Shown here in pieces: positions 27,001-27,502 of a stretch of 64,000 bases of DNA. Under the pieces are notes generated by a model. The model saw only the letters and a list, made by a program, of their open reading frames with translations. It was not told the DNA's origin and did no database searches. This DNA is from Candidatus Omnitrophota bacterium (lineage in GTDB: Bacteria; Omnitrophota; Gorgyraeia; VGKH01; JBHPFN01): the NCBI GenBank assembly GCA_042571725.1, contig JBHPFN010000004.1:507-64506 (forward strand). Reading direction: 5' to 3'. Within the stretch, counting starts at the first letter, position 1. Every line of letters begins with the position of its first letter. The position numbers and the translations under genes were made by a program.

Positions 27001-27502
27001 TCCGAGACGAGGTCGGGGTGCGGTAGGATTACTTGCAGTTGTAGGATTTGATCCAGGCGATGGATTTAGAGCTATGCAGGACCGAATAATACAGGTGGTG
27101 CAGCGTGCTGAGTTACGCGTTCTTGATACAGGAGGTCCCTTTTTTAAAACCCCTGTTGGAGAAGCTGTGTTACTCGTAGGAGAAAGTAGTGGCCACACTA
27201 TTTTTTATATTACCAAACAATTTTTTCTTACGCTTAACGAACAGATTGCTGAAAGCTGGTTTTCTCCTTTAGGGACAATTTTTGCTCACGGTGCCTGTCG
27301 CGTCGCTGGATATACCGAAGCTCAGGCTAATGCCTATCATTTAGTAGTAAATAAAGAGATAGATCAGCTAGTGCAGGCTATATCTGTCGGTTCCGATTCA
27401 CAGACAAAAAGACATGGCGGCGGGAAGACCTCGCCTATTCCTGGCGAAGAAGATGAAGAGGCAAAGAAAGATGACGAGCACGTTGAGGAGGAAGAAAACT
27501 AA
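2..27502 (+). CDS. Giant multi-module ORF, 5' end off-window (9,166 sense codons visible): at least 18 heterogeneous enzyme/membrane modules joined by a recurring hydrophobic junction
   Basis: No stop in this frame from nt 2 to the TAA at 27500-27502. The 16 codons before the first ATG (SPTRDTRDSPQQGGGA) reproduce the pre-junction motif seen again at 7736-7780 and 15485-15530, so the ORF continues upstream. Each inter-junction block carries a different catalytic signature (see domain features). Confidence 0.9.
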   Translation, partial: SPTRDTRDSPQQGGGAMFVSFWPLLLLGGAALAGAHLFGAECLAYAGIPFLAKKGSGGRAKAKGLLGRGWERVTTFFSPPNIAQERSSDQIEERELELRNLDEGETITLKDGSNKKYRFTLLKKPKGMRGVLCYDPYLDGDEDKIMYFAKARDLDGGRNVLLLFNLQASQLSEEALSDRSRENIAFLAKVNHRNIAPNHVLKDSRGDIVVVIPYFPVQDPTHLRFYHRDKVSRFKDVLFRYLANCDRIEREDVIKLLDMIVGLADAFMCFIDDLEVVPGDFDFSIDESGVILLVPNYQGYTTLDYQRDKMEIERKLLEIMHGCIEAIEPFLPNEPRYHSLIHRALGILKNYRYFWDRSKSKTIGDLVVDLQSMRADFIAQDQTPGTFEPTYHDLLGQRRVPCRFSWQEDESFVSLEAKKAESWWELFGNASAHQKERELAIASSELLKVGVSISDFVRGKKVLSIGFGKCVGELGVLIEEYSEDASGIVGIEWERDLVVDAAQGLFNRFADASGDGVYRQRVLDKVRLFCEDAACLNEILEDNSVGFIYVANIFVNDFPISKNKKQAIFEEMMRILEDGGIVVLITTDDWVKEKLRETGTVICEQQALVVYQHSNQSAQETKPALDVAQMVSSWWPMVIPLGLGLLESFTGGITETTGLAVFVGIPFSLERILNGVNGIRGSPWLRKPKKIFRNRSTAIILGLLIVLNGIAPFPGKPSIAQNDIATLVFIINLIAGIMFLPLMQFMFNGRFIALSKDLTKKQWRDIIGHGLLIQGVVFPLFLLGLGLVSEKTFVIVTRLQPFLILLLGILWFKTDTFAWRKLIGFVSVTGTMALFLASKTSAGSSQMWGVIFVVLATIVGSVANCWRGKIVRVIENGALITVLSIWIGVVTGVLLAGLALIGYAIGFANPDILNELFSIHHVYPVISWQLIVYSLILGWGLFLNFEAHERNPAAPLTNLLSFAPVVTMIVFQAIHRTMPVSNEIVVVAIMILGTFLIKRSYRGKTGLGKGNNEVDLHIHSKPYSPGATLLSEKIVDEAVERDLKAIAVTDYHSLRGTVKAIRYVEEKGLNSKIEIIPGVEIETKEGYRLLVYFPDVQRFRTHFDRIEATMPEMEKRTAREVFRWANTSGFGGVAICSLSGEGQKPTNEREMVKLLRQGCDGFEADHSSSRSRSVVNTLMILNNWNFFYPTFAKIITVGSNFYDGRKQEIGRGWPGRRDFRHAYSWGYDLVEDLKALANRKILQQEQSDGTLALGPEFDLREYPYVLNSARQVERSATPMIDLHVVSSCSHRKRPSPLEIIESVSRRGVKTIAFADIGTAQGAIDTKELAAERGVEVILAVEIHTNELEHLLVYFIEGAQRMSAEDIEILIQQSKRMTVEETINWARALGGIAHLAHPGWYGEPFDIERSRAWCNAGLGGFEVDHGFFRSRNRLPIMVFLFKHNLSEIWKNPDGSSLDLKTMTVGSGGKGIPCQGWEHKTQWPDAPSYGPGVVEALKRKAAMQNAHATESTALPAAGQSGTGDGVSCFMGMGSGALDTILGTFLNLFRELSLIGTHLALASETSLISFGGMVLGVAIDADDEWREELDRINHEFKQLQKEEGLSTEEYVDRANILIVELAEYAKKACMDINAFPLYEKLLLSKQERVKADPKYYREGKRIDPYEEIAKPLGRGPIFVFINPYSRPYGFWLPTNIFHLSNELRAAGIAQGHSSIASGDVVNVSSASLDDEIRKMRNYYGDRELIYGISTSETLYPACMEFVKAIRRNEPESLVVLGGHMVNADHENVAKHARQLGVNVLVRGGARNLPELVKALIGQKANEPIGADLRKFVESQQGVLLLAGGKEAEGRYYDIGNEAETYPDLESRVLHPSVVRYAAELSAKGAYLKEEDRRTMTIQITSEIGCPYGCDYCSGPFSKVKCVSAGKLIAEIEEIIDILGLENDIVIELTGADTLINKKRIREFLDIILTDKRQLIPYLKRSKCTASVRSFYVEGRLDEELIDKLAQVFGVVQIGVESGDDEELVRWGKGVTWSQTEALFEAIERANKKHKTSFSVDMYAIASGLETRPRNLINSLANLLYAFLRYDCIGRTYVMSVVIPDIGSRVFVRLTDDDMRRMDPDYRRQYRILEELDCFLYEHVLPRDALVRSFFVGKKLREEVLGATRNEGCPRGLEAISIYEALWNFGYLCAEQRLRLTKEKEEGTNWNEEKQARLDELIDVIDLFNEKLSFMKRTGLKDKYDAIVEKYSEPDESQGRGGGAFISSWWPILILGGTTLVGAHFLGVQGAESAMMLPIFLKLRRRGPPFGRIRLAFNRAVEKIKNERDELVRKGFIGNQYWRDRDNIKDELMLVFFVTAAYSFLFKYVLEVFGGAPPSLSIANYIIIAIFIFLITLSASVGHPIFHIIHAYRINKRNKKAGIELPTAKQRISVLKRPFIVHNTITVLAIAAVMIVNNDILQGVFVFAAIIHFWRGAAARVSTDGYAIESLKKHGQAYDMLRDGFEDVVRDVRLGVMQRIGLLFPIAIEAEGRRWQVHPGTLGPFAEYVTSRIDALLSRGDRGSGEQDFDVAPPVPSAVEGLASDESTMDTRDSPREGGGVMMSMWGLFTTLAGLFFGGMVLGVAADADNDESATGNFWAEEEDVELTKVITLELYLNPRFRELRGLLSSLGIGRNFNKIHTGLRFARFLLHEEKAHPHVSVNALLSRARMLRIFIEMMREYFSAEEMVEIFALSYTGLFFSHQVEGAEEAISLHDNKLRETLYPNEIFNLGLDEKQFVPMALVVLSCLERLENPDNETTPGVETPTRRVVREFIDTTLNEYIPRLQQENQNIHQGAPFYPPYLGSAGWLIDWQEGARERSALLGDHCRYHAYQFGYSAIRQIGWGFSGGRIWNMISTHRHDYPAIVGFIEKHCRLASGRISLRLIKDVFQGGKAFPNLPMLEEFLTNRPTTTIDELMQCSSAPLITPYHIDTNRGGEIYVPIGFQLGREGFGMEHMKSKVAQRRIDLQELLGEMWLDTIIKVGVLPIIGMGLQVPAAQGERMFFFGKINPHRVRWLQQTRQEIGRFQPLSDETIDLLGNIYLQVVVGLVEDEHVRGYKGNVITAFPIVEPQEVAEQVLVSVKELDGRRALSRQSIYQHIVQPCNRLFRRWGVPFVIRRHKEGKRKYTLVPTNASTGSGIIASMWGIVILLSGFFSGGMVLGVAEGLGCSASLLPPMYTNAQEGNFVGRYSKIIEQEKGRVTADDVEELRRFSRLIPELLTLKSLRSCDGSALEVFDLLENNEFVVRWHDAVSMDADRGDSHCYCSVVIAGVRFILDLTAEQFETAPSEEEKYTFLGIVLIPARVAFELRERLDFYSMPDGCRGYTSTYVDWRKAQGYRVEYEEGNPELLENRNLAGMVSLICALEDIDPRVREAAQSLLDNSPYALIGPYRRRLLDPGVSWTISESVASFLLDEYFRYADNFDVPLPLFVVDGPSGIGKTTTAQEMVRVTGKGKIKYQLVYLNLDMFLKDQAWRHEIRDKIASGELHPDDFDERDFFDYDRIIAMLRDIDEFRRSGDETGVLVLTHVWNPEKGRYEDLQIPLTRNTVFLIDGKYAHEKRLRPFYGKHPFKVRLDEDDDSIGRKFEHRERAKGKSEEEVAKQMIFHDLVVLPHFRRYAQEPQENLFVLRCSHGEIPTEPLRDADVDSVERESRAAGGGAMMLMWGIFTTLTGLFSGGMVLGVAADADGGRKDDAVPPASGRVARLTDRFLGWLNERLFALQRIIGRRLSESRRLTAVWTNEEIALEGILQFSPAELEEQRQNIINRYIVPQRRLQYLPYESRLRGRNRWRWNDTVFVVLLEDGTQVTAHSSHIRGVLIKVVLEIENRIQLEERKRRRKLSDDEREEFIRQLTLVVASTDYLGEAVAIVARLMGVQAQIFLPQWASQGTIEALSQFGVSVDSHLPDYDVASAHARNFFELHANAILIDGAEDETKARGAAIAAMEMMHEWHKWIGYETIKAMARLIAKYEKMSLEAVIREYDYSELAQRWEDLEEQLKRRDHRHYTSVNEDVTMLSSAEAQPLLEELRQDEELLVELVRPIGLVPSQFVVVGGTGLDAAGTIEGLRRDNVPVTIVEPSGANPLYCSLTGREEGEPPILLRASETSAIGVRVRSVGHMPHAVLRKTLHRAVTVSEESVEEMRKFLSATGLDVEGTGALPHAAVVLERADLFDDDIILHVNSSRIDTELSQEELAHPKAKTVFFRIHPRLQELWLLVRGAIRVPRFSRIFFQRMRFQKIGGERQLARQVAAVYEETIQDILRRWDAIPEKEERLRGRMRQLMGLLVELDITDLSVFRLRPRHWIWLYQNTVLQGEQPAFVAQVRERVETICRITEVQDFTSLADAEFDGYGKKLKSLAREHSKTDFVQLEPKDLIDLFEHFSAGLPYDARQWIRHALDPLLWGRTQKNWGRAEAARDEIIESFNHDQEGVATAYYDRREAVPIDRLVPTQDLKAEFPGDDHAGIVKRLRRDIKGGLIVPITVFEIPGSDDYFLMWGGPRALAKYQEGHATINAFIVKVASPQEQTLQFLSQQMHLRCQEKGLASILDLFPDSPTRFLNKTLLYPPTAHRIERAIDSEEREFTPMTDFPIRGAHVRIATFRSEVQGAPLVFIHTRRAGDTLEIYFSLAAFILFRQVFSESARQDGLEMIVVYLSERLIRERSHTTASVAFETYSQRSARMKEARRRLRLLTQKAEKRNLTGDWRVTGSRGDREQPESMPVEEDDWSVVMHAYLIVRNAHLSADLPANRHEYEDVLARVTRSLSGRQFTITVDGRVILAYDAGLQQAPVVHDLWLTQRGRKVFYSAAGILFSEEEPFITIIGSATPTDRSEHDTDEFPRLVDDNEATDATPPERPEGDQPSGGGASCFVGIELFQLSLLGQLIQFAFGGLVLGVTVDADNNNISEGPPEHRWWDEQESPAFDVLEAQLEVQRRIMERLQERINGAIHGKFRLKSTPFVCAIFNIAHADALRIQVFLSEEERSRDPELADALASLGMSKGWIGIMDIVIATDIKMQPLLVISEVLVAKAYWRLRDRDKRKIKRWHKLLVSYFEAIKEEVGVAEVLKPTNGQMKSLPALQREFEERAHLPDAIDELYGRPSREYRDEEREILIWKYGGCTVKADFWVYREAFLVSDSSTRDTQDSPQKGDGNGIITSMWALFTTLAGIFSGGMVLGVASGSDGVGSPSLVSERGDSPLSISETKRRAYDELARRRKYDLGERPAMKEAAASIFGQAIPLDEVRGSKVLDVAIGAGLISGYAAENGAREIVGVDISSGMLKWADSNLAPFTSTATIRLIKGDILRLADLFRKEDGQVEKFEIITIGNVLSFYPPKERVAILSQALELLEEGGYIVLLYRSMDEVKNPLATLVYRRPMIPKITPDGYVEILENLARDLGYTVEAGFYAANYETDTDYNRQLSDLEVVVSHTMVLWAKRKPLAARNIGDLPTPAQPGGDDASCFMGMGLFQLGWLSQLFQFAFGGMVLGVAEGSGSFEQARGFTSYEYERYGLNLSDIPDEFACEPLAIIRIRENLSQRNWFWRHATPKIRERAIERIKTLMNKLEALQSLESFKNIIGDRKIVAIYTAGSYPWHDDPGDIDVHFVVRGERGFELIYLSAEEADELSIALEFTGRKMTRIALQIFGTTNLERAAQDIEIKDGGNLQRKLLTIYGNAVQLGGLDLFENSQPPANDFHILASCIRSLAVGSVREKRLREAEAIEDWLAEGITTPKMGVAEVGGFSSGVDIITIANQVAQRSGHAGSVALKIHAFLNRSNPDIHRHAVLLSRASKSSVPGMKRSKVPPNPVISIASAKYMLRAAAMRAGKTKYYDSSIPEESSNPEDSHSGGGAMFIFIWPVVILAALLAVPTIAWAGEFGKLIDTANSFYQWYAALLSTHTLIVKILTSAILLAIGDFIAQWTEKKSLRSLDKWRLIYMTILGGGYGIVWHVLFMLLEKGFPGRDLLSGVLPKLLIDQGPFTMFFHFLNFFMVGLFGGVGSFFATGVFTFTFEKYKDTIRKDYKLALFTNWLYWPTIQAVSYLIIPLDFRVLWVNIAFIFWAPILSKIGHGEWKAFTRKLARNPRSGGGAMMSIWGLFTTLAGLFSGGMVLGVAADAGDVSATADSHDYLILAEAQRLFEGEGIAHRVEEVIAFTGPQRAFIEYAISKLNQGYQLSDVVYLVESVRQTSFAHVEELLSDDRIIWYANRPKATIGTIIWHTVNCAYRDNIHQAHTLMYELGIAPSCLKGIIDAIGFIGIEDVRLWLTGREFPIRPSEIFRIAHLQKQSSMEEVKKALRSGTEYLRIQDDMTEPRCFSSIEEAIEVLGHEELKALRVSPQRPLRVSDVLYVVAVLKEYGADEVNFAMSFGVDPWKLQYVLKGLRSDREKWLSWLQERERYGRYKVTLNRAAQSRRALESFRTAEQHRREQRGFRLRLFDFEARIYPFSDYDPRAKADADEDFVLALYPSGSDSLRSPKKKTRKIGFHYPHGTIGGMRFKIINNEIIVCDVQSDIQEDLHRRYKYWYTMILVVLEDFAAEFSITRIIVPPAYAQFRLWAEQLYGPNPLTMFSFYARGYPAGDYSLRQMPDGAMHGLVAMPFAWTKGINARDELDVSTVERCFFELLEREIGQSAKEEAVRGGGAMVSMWGLFTTLAGLFSGGMVLGVAGGLDEARSSTPVETEKSRSQVLWNVAERLGSLTSIEERGACEDAFADALKTALARKEAMRLLDFIRSRARREPDENQPCPGFYYVRQDSQENLVLARFAEGDFLAAILGSKFAPPGNEQSVWYGNEAKDIMLYTNVNNNGYIVVFPSAAFNALANQGQAKHVTGLPDLEEWHYFYVKDDLPISGETTPLIFIGTGLSEKLEAAQSEDAQLREKLEALRKQVQIEVLDLTKQTMVDNLEAALARHGFKFVGKKFWPSWKVIIYNVLQVPEMSEITEKILRSEGEDSASVSSPGGDQPTGGGASLASDRLTDDRIFLQAVRDALHARPFVPEQLIRALKRDPEIRRLFETKAKSWISQRVRATLEARHPGAVKQWVLDTLEIHTLRVMHQFERYLAAEELPSGADLSMFRLLLALHDIGKPLTKGDEDTRKQYVHTQDTIKELRHKLPLPAEQIDLMMALLDGDPLGLYMQGSTAIEKTRTTIIGMNNRVKYPLADFFRLLTLYYQSDTLSYTLDAGYDSDWLAGLFVFDIEHSRFVFDDEAGRMKFSGEKESRFRALEESIVSLNVGHREIYPKGGGASCFVGIGLFQLGQLSQLGQLALSAVEGLFQFTFGGMVLGVASGSDESRSSSPARRNRRNDDAKRKLREAFERGEDIVIALSDRTPQAKLFAFDWDGIFAKEKGYFEKAWAALIVMIKNKTENINAGELSPEQVQEGEVFRRETRGMEYALRFDRLRAMALQSGADRSQLRTDQECADIFYEIIIRLAQQDFGEDLEDWIYPESKAFLINLKTDHPDRLTYVVTANIQNAFREIIVSRFSIKRYFDGIFGHPLRSSPDNIINKTTILTELRQRNGLGVNEVVFFGDAVSDIRFGREAGVIVVGVANTYENGVQLIDAGADIIVTSLAPRREIMQLLMDSSASSPTGEGKPTGGGAMVSIWGLLATLTGLFSGGMVLGVAADAKNDEGAAGDSETDTASSLMTVRTFSTGRHSFQIVSTPHDTEFGIDLSVPHEGREECEIGIHLWRFARLAEFFMDSYRGNMENGPGYLEQWMRTHDIVTTFLDEDEHRLLCGERLTLLGRQTTVEDRELLEKNFIPELLGFIVTIASNDEIREQFLRICNEELVRWSDPYIRSHFIPAEIQTVIQQFQGGLRGLGNVKPLDVEIMQVLRILSRRRLPVRKFFMYERDTRWARDEKLLLPHLEGEPYYFVFPGEGEFDKDETHLFERGAVVSGIARTPFLIYADSVDVQEVEALGRYARENIPGYEALSVYRLPAGWATFQFGNKIYLLDNAHLDCVSGYIPRRFSHRNENILLLDPHYCRAIKNHSELARFLSEQGPHVGVEIIDSDETQFNPANFADLSEDHLLFNYAPHLIGRLQLREGMYSMIDSGVNALTAITTLGGSIGCLMSRTPITSAYRHQFAIAGEDQVSVKRSGGGVMMSMWGLFTTLAGLFSGGMVLGVASGSDDSHLSSPAQTLSLDSISIERIEEDAYDALTDEINALIEPSAQFYDNPLGRAVLFHRLLSQGDYFTLSLFNIWELLIKGRKLVTQVLTARSPDGQLCGIHMLSLADTSRYVEKYPMLAGEQLFAATVAVFPQARRLGLGSMLTQISLTLAHRQDNVRLFRFSALKGNELSGRTMNAAARTLQATPQYLGERHSNPGVLLDDYLLSMNGDAPFSARAEALSKEEDKTGRGATASMGGLLTTLTGLFSGGMVLGVAALTFVNEAVQHQLSLDVLDIVSAALKLVCEAVQHPLNSTHMGAVPTSFAYLFGIVGAEAGEGNPSKKATREDLKRRVREKKIIWSLTDKHRDKLPLLLALDIIPGLSISDVRINRNRFFHWVTTVRMIADSIRRKEDGLLSAVTDIGATLFLAHARAEADIYIGSRSITRKSITEGRKIAAQEGREILVLVSRGMYALRKNILGQLERSCQRAQDNGADGIIIEPSSRKEDIASIVTALKRKFPQLLIGIGVSAGLTDAHLLFKETEADFIMIRTNWISDEPIKEAPRLRRDVDEVLAEKGGAVHSTLTGITTLTQDIIVKNPRTGKYGRFAESQLCDWRDPLIVRTAEEIVQGATTDAEKARRICVWLKENIEYHLGHGAYWDMPASGTLATRDKEPNKGKIKAHCFNCANIQVAMLRAVGVFARYASVEREMVAAKNLLPSWALARMRIFRHIFAEVFVDGAWRRFDVTMDDDFDTPGEWEKHDSPETQEEYAILDAYAFEQAKRDTHAERDAIDDFLQERLRRQLSRGGSLATFFTQWREWHPARDEEEARLLKERVVLCIQHSRDVTSEFREALIALQEDVLNFVSTFGYTEIMRDPRRGRGAVGLLAVVGFDPGDGFRAMQDRIIQVVQRAELRVLDTGGPFFKTPVGEAVLLVGESSGHTIFYITKQFFLTLNEQIAESWFSPLGTIFAHGACRVAGYTEAQANAYHLVVNKEIDQLVQAISVGSDSQTKRHGGGKTSPIPGEEDEEAKKDDEHVEEEEN
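38..124 (+). repeat. Junction J0 (type B): GGGA-MFVSFWPLLLLGGAALAGAHLFGAE
   Basis: In-frame ggc ggc ggc gca followed by atg at 50 and a hydrophobic WP-containing helix. Closely resembles J3 and J10. Basic flank follows (KKGSGGRAKAK). Confidence 0.8.
1379..1790 (+). other. Module 1 domain: class I SAM-dependent methyltransferase-like
   Basis: Motif I-like KKVLSIGFGKCVGELG, then GIEWERDLV, FIYVANIF and post-III ILEDGGIVVLIT. Confidence 0.5.
1889..1963 (+). repeat. Junction J1 (type B variant, no GGG): MVSSWWPMVIPLGLGLLESFTGGIT
   Basis: SSWWP core shared with J3 (ISSWWPILILGG). Leads into the polytopic membrane domain. GIPF shortly after, as in J0. Confidence 0.6.
1889..3000 (+). other. Module 2 domain: polytopic membrane region (about 9-10 hydrophobic segments, EamA/DMT-like impression)
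   Basis: A run of about 20-aa hydrophobic segments separated by short K/R loops (AIILGLLIVLNGIAPF, LVFIINLIAGIMFLPL, LLIQGVVFPLFLLGLGLV and others). Family assignment is tentative. Confidence 0.5.
3041..3620 (+). other. Module 2 domain: PHP (polymerase/histidinol-phosphatase) phosphoesterase, copy 1
   Basis: VDLHIHSKPYSPGA...AIAVTDYHSL...IIPGVEIETKEGYRLLVYF matches the canonical PHP N-terminal DLHxHS / TDH / GxE pattern. Confidence 0.6.
3836..4400 (+). other. Module 2 domain: PHP-like domain, copy 2 (more divergent)
   Basis: MIDLHVVSSCSH...KTIAFADIGTAQG...ILAVEIHTNELEHLLVYF...HLAHPGWYG parallels copy 1. Confidence 0.45.
4562..4741 (+). repeat. Junction J2 (type C, long): GDGVSCFMGMG...SLISFGGMVLGVAIDADD
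   Basis: SCFMGMG start and FGGMVLGVA end shared with J7, J9 and J13. Contains the exact 20-mer gggatggtgttgggtgtggc at 4706-4725. Confidence 0.8.
5218..6215 (+). other. Module 3 domain: B12-binding-like domain + radical SAM core
   Basis: CxxxCxxC at 5705-5728 (CPYGCDYC), preceded by a Rossmann-like LVVLGGHMVNADHE...VLVRGGARNLPELV segment, as in B12-binding (class B-type) radical SAM enzymes. GVESGDDEEL downstream. Confidence 0.65.
6758..6853 (+). repeat. Junction J3 (type B): GGGA-FISSWWPILILGGTTLVGAHFLGVQGAE
   Basis: ggc ggc ggg gcg then a hydrophobic WWP helix, near-identical in pattern to J0. Followed by a basic stretch (LKLRRRGPPFGRIR) and a membrane module. Confidence 0.8.
6854..7400 (+). 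other. Module 4: small membrane domain of unknown family (about 4 hydrophobic segments)
   Basis: LMLVFFVTAAYSFLFKYVLEVFGG, IANYIIIAIFIFLITLSASVG, ITVLAIAAVMIVNN, GVFVFAAIIHFW. Confidence 0.4.
7769..7864 (+). repeat. Junction J4 (type A): GGGV-MMSMWGLFTTLAGLFFGGMVLGVA-ADAD
   Basis: Prototype junction. ATG directly after the G-run (7781). Exact 20-mer present. Acidic flank ADADNDE. Confidence 0.9.
9506..9589 (+). repeat. Junction J5 (type A variant): GSGIIASMWGIVILLSGFFSGGMVLGVA
   Basis: SMWG...SGGMVLGVA retained. The 20-mer has 2 mismatches (ggcatggtgttgggggtggc). Confidence 0.8.
10379..10985 (+). other. Module 6 domain: P-loop kinase (uridine kinase/phosphoribulokinase-like)
   Basis: Walker A GPSGIGKTT at 10397-10423 followed by YLNLDMFLKD and VFLIDGKYA, the pattern of the PRK/uridine kinase family. 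Confidence 0.45.
11063..11158 (+). repeat. Junction J6 (type A): GGGA-MMLMWGIFTTLTGLFSGGMVLGVA-ADAD
   Basis: ggc ggc ggg gcg atg atg. Exact 20-mer. Acidic flank ADADGG. Confidence 0.9.
11393..12660 (+). other. Module 7 domain: PLP fold-type II (Trp-synthase-beta/threonine dehydratase superfamily)-like
   Basis: VVASTDYLGEAVAIVARLMGVQAQIFLP, and the VVVGGTGLDAAGTIEGL glycine loop. The expected SFKxRG lysine position reads SSHIRG (11525-11542). Confidence 0.45.
13409..13645 (+). other. Module 7 domain: ParB/sulfiredoxin-like N-terminal domain
   Basis: VPIDRLVPTQD...IVKRLRRDIKGGLIVPITVFEIPGSDDYFLMWGGPRALA...INAFIV resembles the ParB-like nuclease fold pattern (l.P...R, Pi.v, G.hR..A). Confidence 0.4.
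14666..14779 (+). repeat. Junction J7 (type C): GGGA-SCFVGIELFQLSLLGQLIQFAFGGLVLGVT-VDAD
   Basis: Preceded by GDQPS (ggagatcaaccc, also at 20933). The 20-mer has 2 mismatches. Confidence 0.85.
15521..15622 (+). repeat. Junction J8 (type A): GDGNGIITSMWALFTTLAGIFSGGMVLGVA-SGSD
   Basis: Preceded by SSTRDTQDSPQK (the TRDT-DSP pre-junction element). The 20-mer has 1 mismatch. Confidence 0.85.
15812..16150 (+). other. Module 9 domain: class I SAM-dependent methyltransferase
   Basis: KVLDVAIGAGLISGY (motif I), EIVGVDISSGML (motif II), ITIGNVLSFY, LEEGGYIVLL. Confidence 0.6.
16436..16540 (+). repeat. Junction J9 (type C): GGDDASCFMGMGLFQLGWLSQLFQFAFGGMVLGVA
   Basis: Type C pattern. Exact 20-mer. 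Followed by EGSGS. Confidence 0.85.
16808..17110 (+). other. Module 10 domain: nucleotidyltransferase (Pol-beta-fold)-like
   Basis: IVAIYTAGSYPWHDDPGDIDVHFVV matches the GS...(D/E)xD signature of minimal NTases. Confidence 0.4.
17267..17281 (+). repeat. Junction scar J9b: only the 3' end retained (MGVAE)
   Basis: tgggtgtggcagagg equals the last 15 nt of the J9 region (the preceding base differs, atg vs ttg). No GGG and no hydrophobic helix upstream. Confidence 0.5.
17609..17695 (+). repeat. Junction J10 (type B): GGGA-MFIFIWPVVILAALLAVPTIAWAGE
   Basis: ggc ggt ggg gcg atg ttt. Parallels J0 (GGGAMFVSFWP). Leads into the Mpv17/PMP22-like membrane module. Confidence 0.8.
17730..18270 (+). other. 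Module 11 domain: Mpv17/PMP22-family membrane protein-like
   Basis: WYAALLSTHTLIVKILTSAILLAIGDFIAQ...LLIDQGPFTMFF...NWLYWPTIQAVSYLIIPLDFRVLWVNIAFIFWAPILS tracks the family consensus as I recall it. Confidence 0.55.
18320..18418 (+). repeat. Junction J11 (type A): GGGA-MMSIWGLFTTLAGLFSGGMVLGVA-ADAGD
   Basis: Exact 20-mer. ATG directly after the G-run (18332). Confidence 0.9.
19973..20071 (+). repeat. Junction J12 (type A): GGGA-MVSMWGLFTTLAGLFSGGMVLGVA-GGLDE
   Basis: The G-run is ggcggaggagca (contains GGAGGA) immediately before ATG 19985. Exact 20-mer. Confidence 0.9.
20927..20965 (+). repeat. Junction scar J12b: only the 5' half retained (PGGDQPTGGGASL), no hydrophobic helix
   Basis: ggagatcaacccaccggcggcggggca is near-identical to the 5' half of J7 (14651-14677), but it runs straight into the soluble HD module. 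Confidence 0.6.
21187..21600 (+). other. Module 14 domain: HD phosphohydrolase
   Basis: EIHTLRVM...LLLALHDIGKP, with the HD doublet at 21296-21301. Confidence 0.55.
21776..21925 (+). repeat. Junction J13 (type C, longest): GGGA-SCFVGIGLFQLGQLSQLGQLALSAVEGLFQFTFGGMVLGVA-SGSDE
   Basis: Type C pattern with an internal QLGQLSQLGQL expansion. Exact 20-mer. Confidence 0.9.
22052..22710 (+). other. Module 15 domain: HAD-superfamily hydrolase
   Basis: Motif I FDWDG (DxD at 22064-22072), motif II VVTAN, motif IV FFGDAVSDI. Confidence 0.6.
22838..22930 (+). repeat. Junction J14 (type A): GGGA-MVSIWGLLATLTGLFSGGMVLGVA-ADA
   Basis: The G-run ggcggaggggcg (contains GGAGG) sits before ATG 22850. The 20-mer has 1 mismatch (gta for gtg). 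Confidence 0.9.
23650..24290 (+). other. Module 16 domain: guanidino-group modifying enzyme superfamily (amidinotransferase/arginine-deiminase/DDAH-like)
   Basis: AHLDCV (23921-) resembles the MHLDT motif. FNPANFADLSEDHLLFN. C-terminal GGSIGCLMS with the candidate catalytic Cys at 24260-24262. Confidence 0.5.
24347..24445 (+). repeat. Junction J15 (type A): GGGV-MMSMWGLFTTLAGLFSGGMVLGVA-SGSDD
   Basis: Peptide almost identical to J4. The 20-mer has 1 mismatch. ATG at 24359. Confidence 0.9.
24640..24965 (+). other. Module 17 domain: GNAT acetyltransferase-like
   Basis: VAVFPQARRLGLGSMLTQ resembles GNAT motif A (Q/RxxGxG). Confidence 0.45.
25118..25204 (+). repeat. Junction J16 (type A variant): GRGATASMGGLLTTLTGLFSGGMVLGVAA
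   Basis: Exact 20-mer. W replaced by G. No acidic flank (ALTF follows). Confidence 0.8.
26275..26625 (+). other. Module 18 domain: transglutaminase-like cysteine protease core
   Basis: KAHCFNCANIQVAMLRAVGVFARY (Cys at 26420-26422), then HIFAEVFVDGAWRRFDVT, giving the Cys-His-Asp arrangement of the TGase-like core. Confidence 0.55.
27416..27424 (+). repeat. Terminal GGG boundary motif (KRHGGG) followed only by a 25-aa acidic tail and the stop
   Basis: ggc ggc ggg in frame. The context basic-residue + GGG matches the 5' half of the junctions. No hydrophobic helix follows (KTSPIPGEEDEEAKKDDEHVEEEEN*). Confidence 0.5.

Noticed and set aside
1846-27198. Dozens of - strand ORFs inside the giant gene (for example 4177-4728, 7468-8013, 9388-9636, 10990-11388, 15502-16053, 16504-16791, 21874-22077, 22705-23061, 25042-25311), many sharing the peptide ATPNTIPP(E)K
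   Set aside because: The shared peptide is simply the reverse-complement reading of the conserved junction 20-mer (gccacacccaacaccatccc). All of them lie antisense to a 27-kb stop-free frame with clear domain signatures. They are shadow ORFs.
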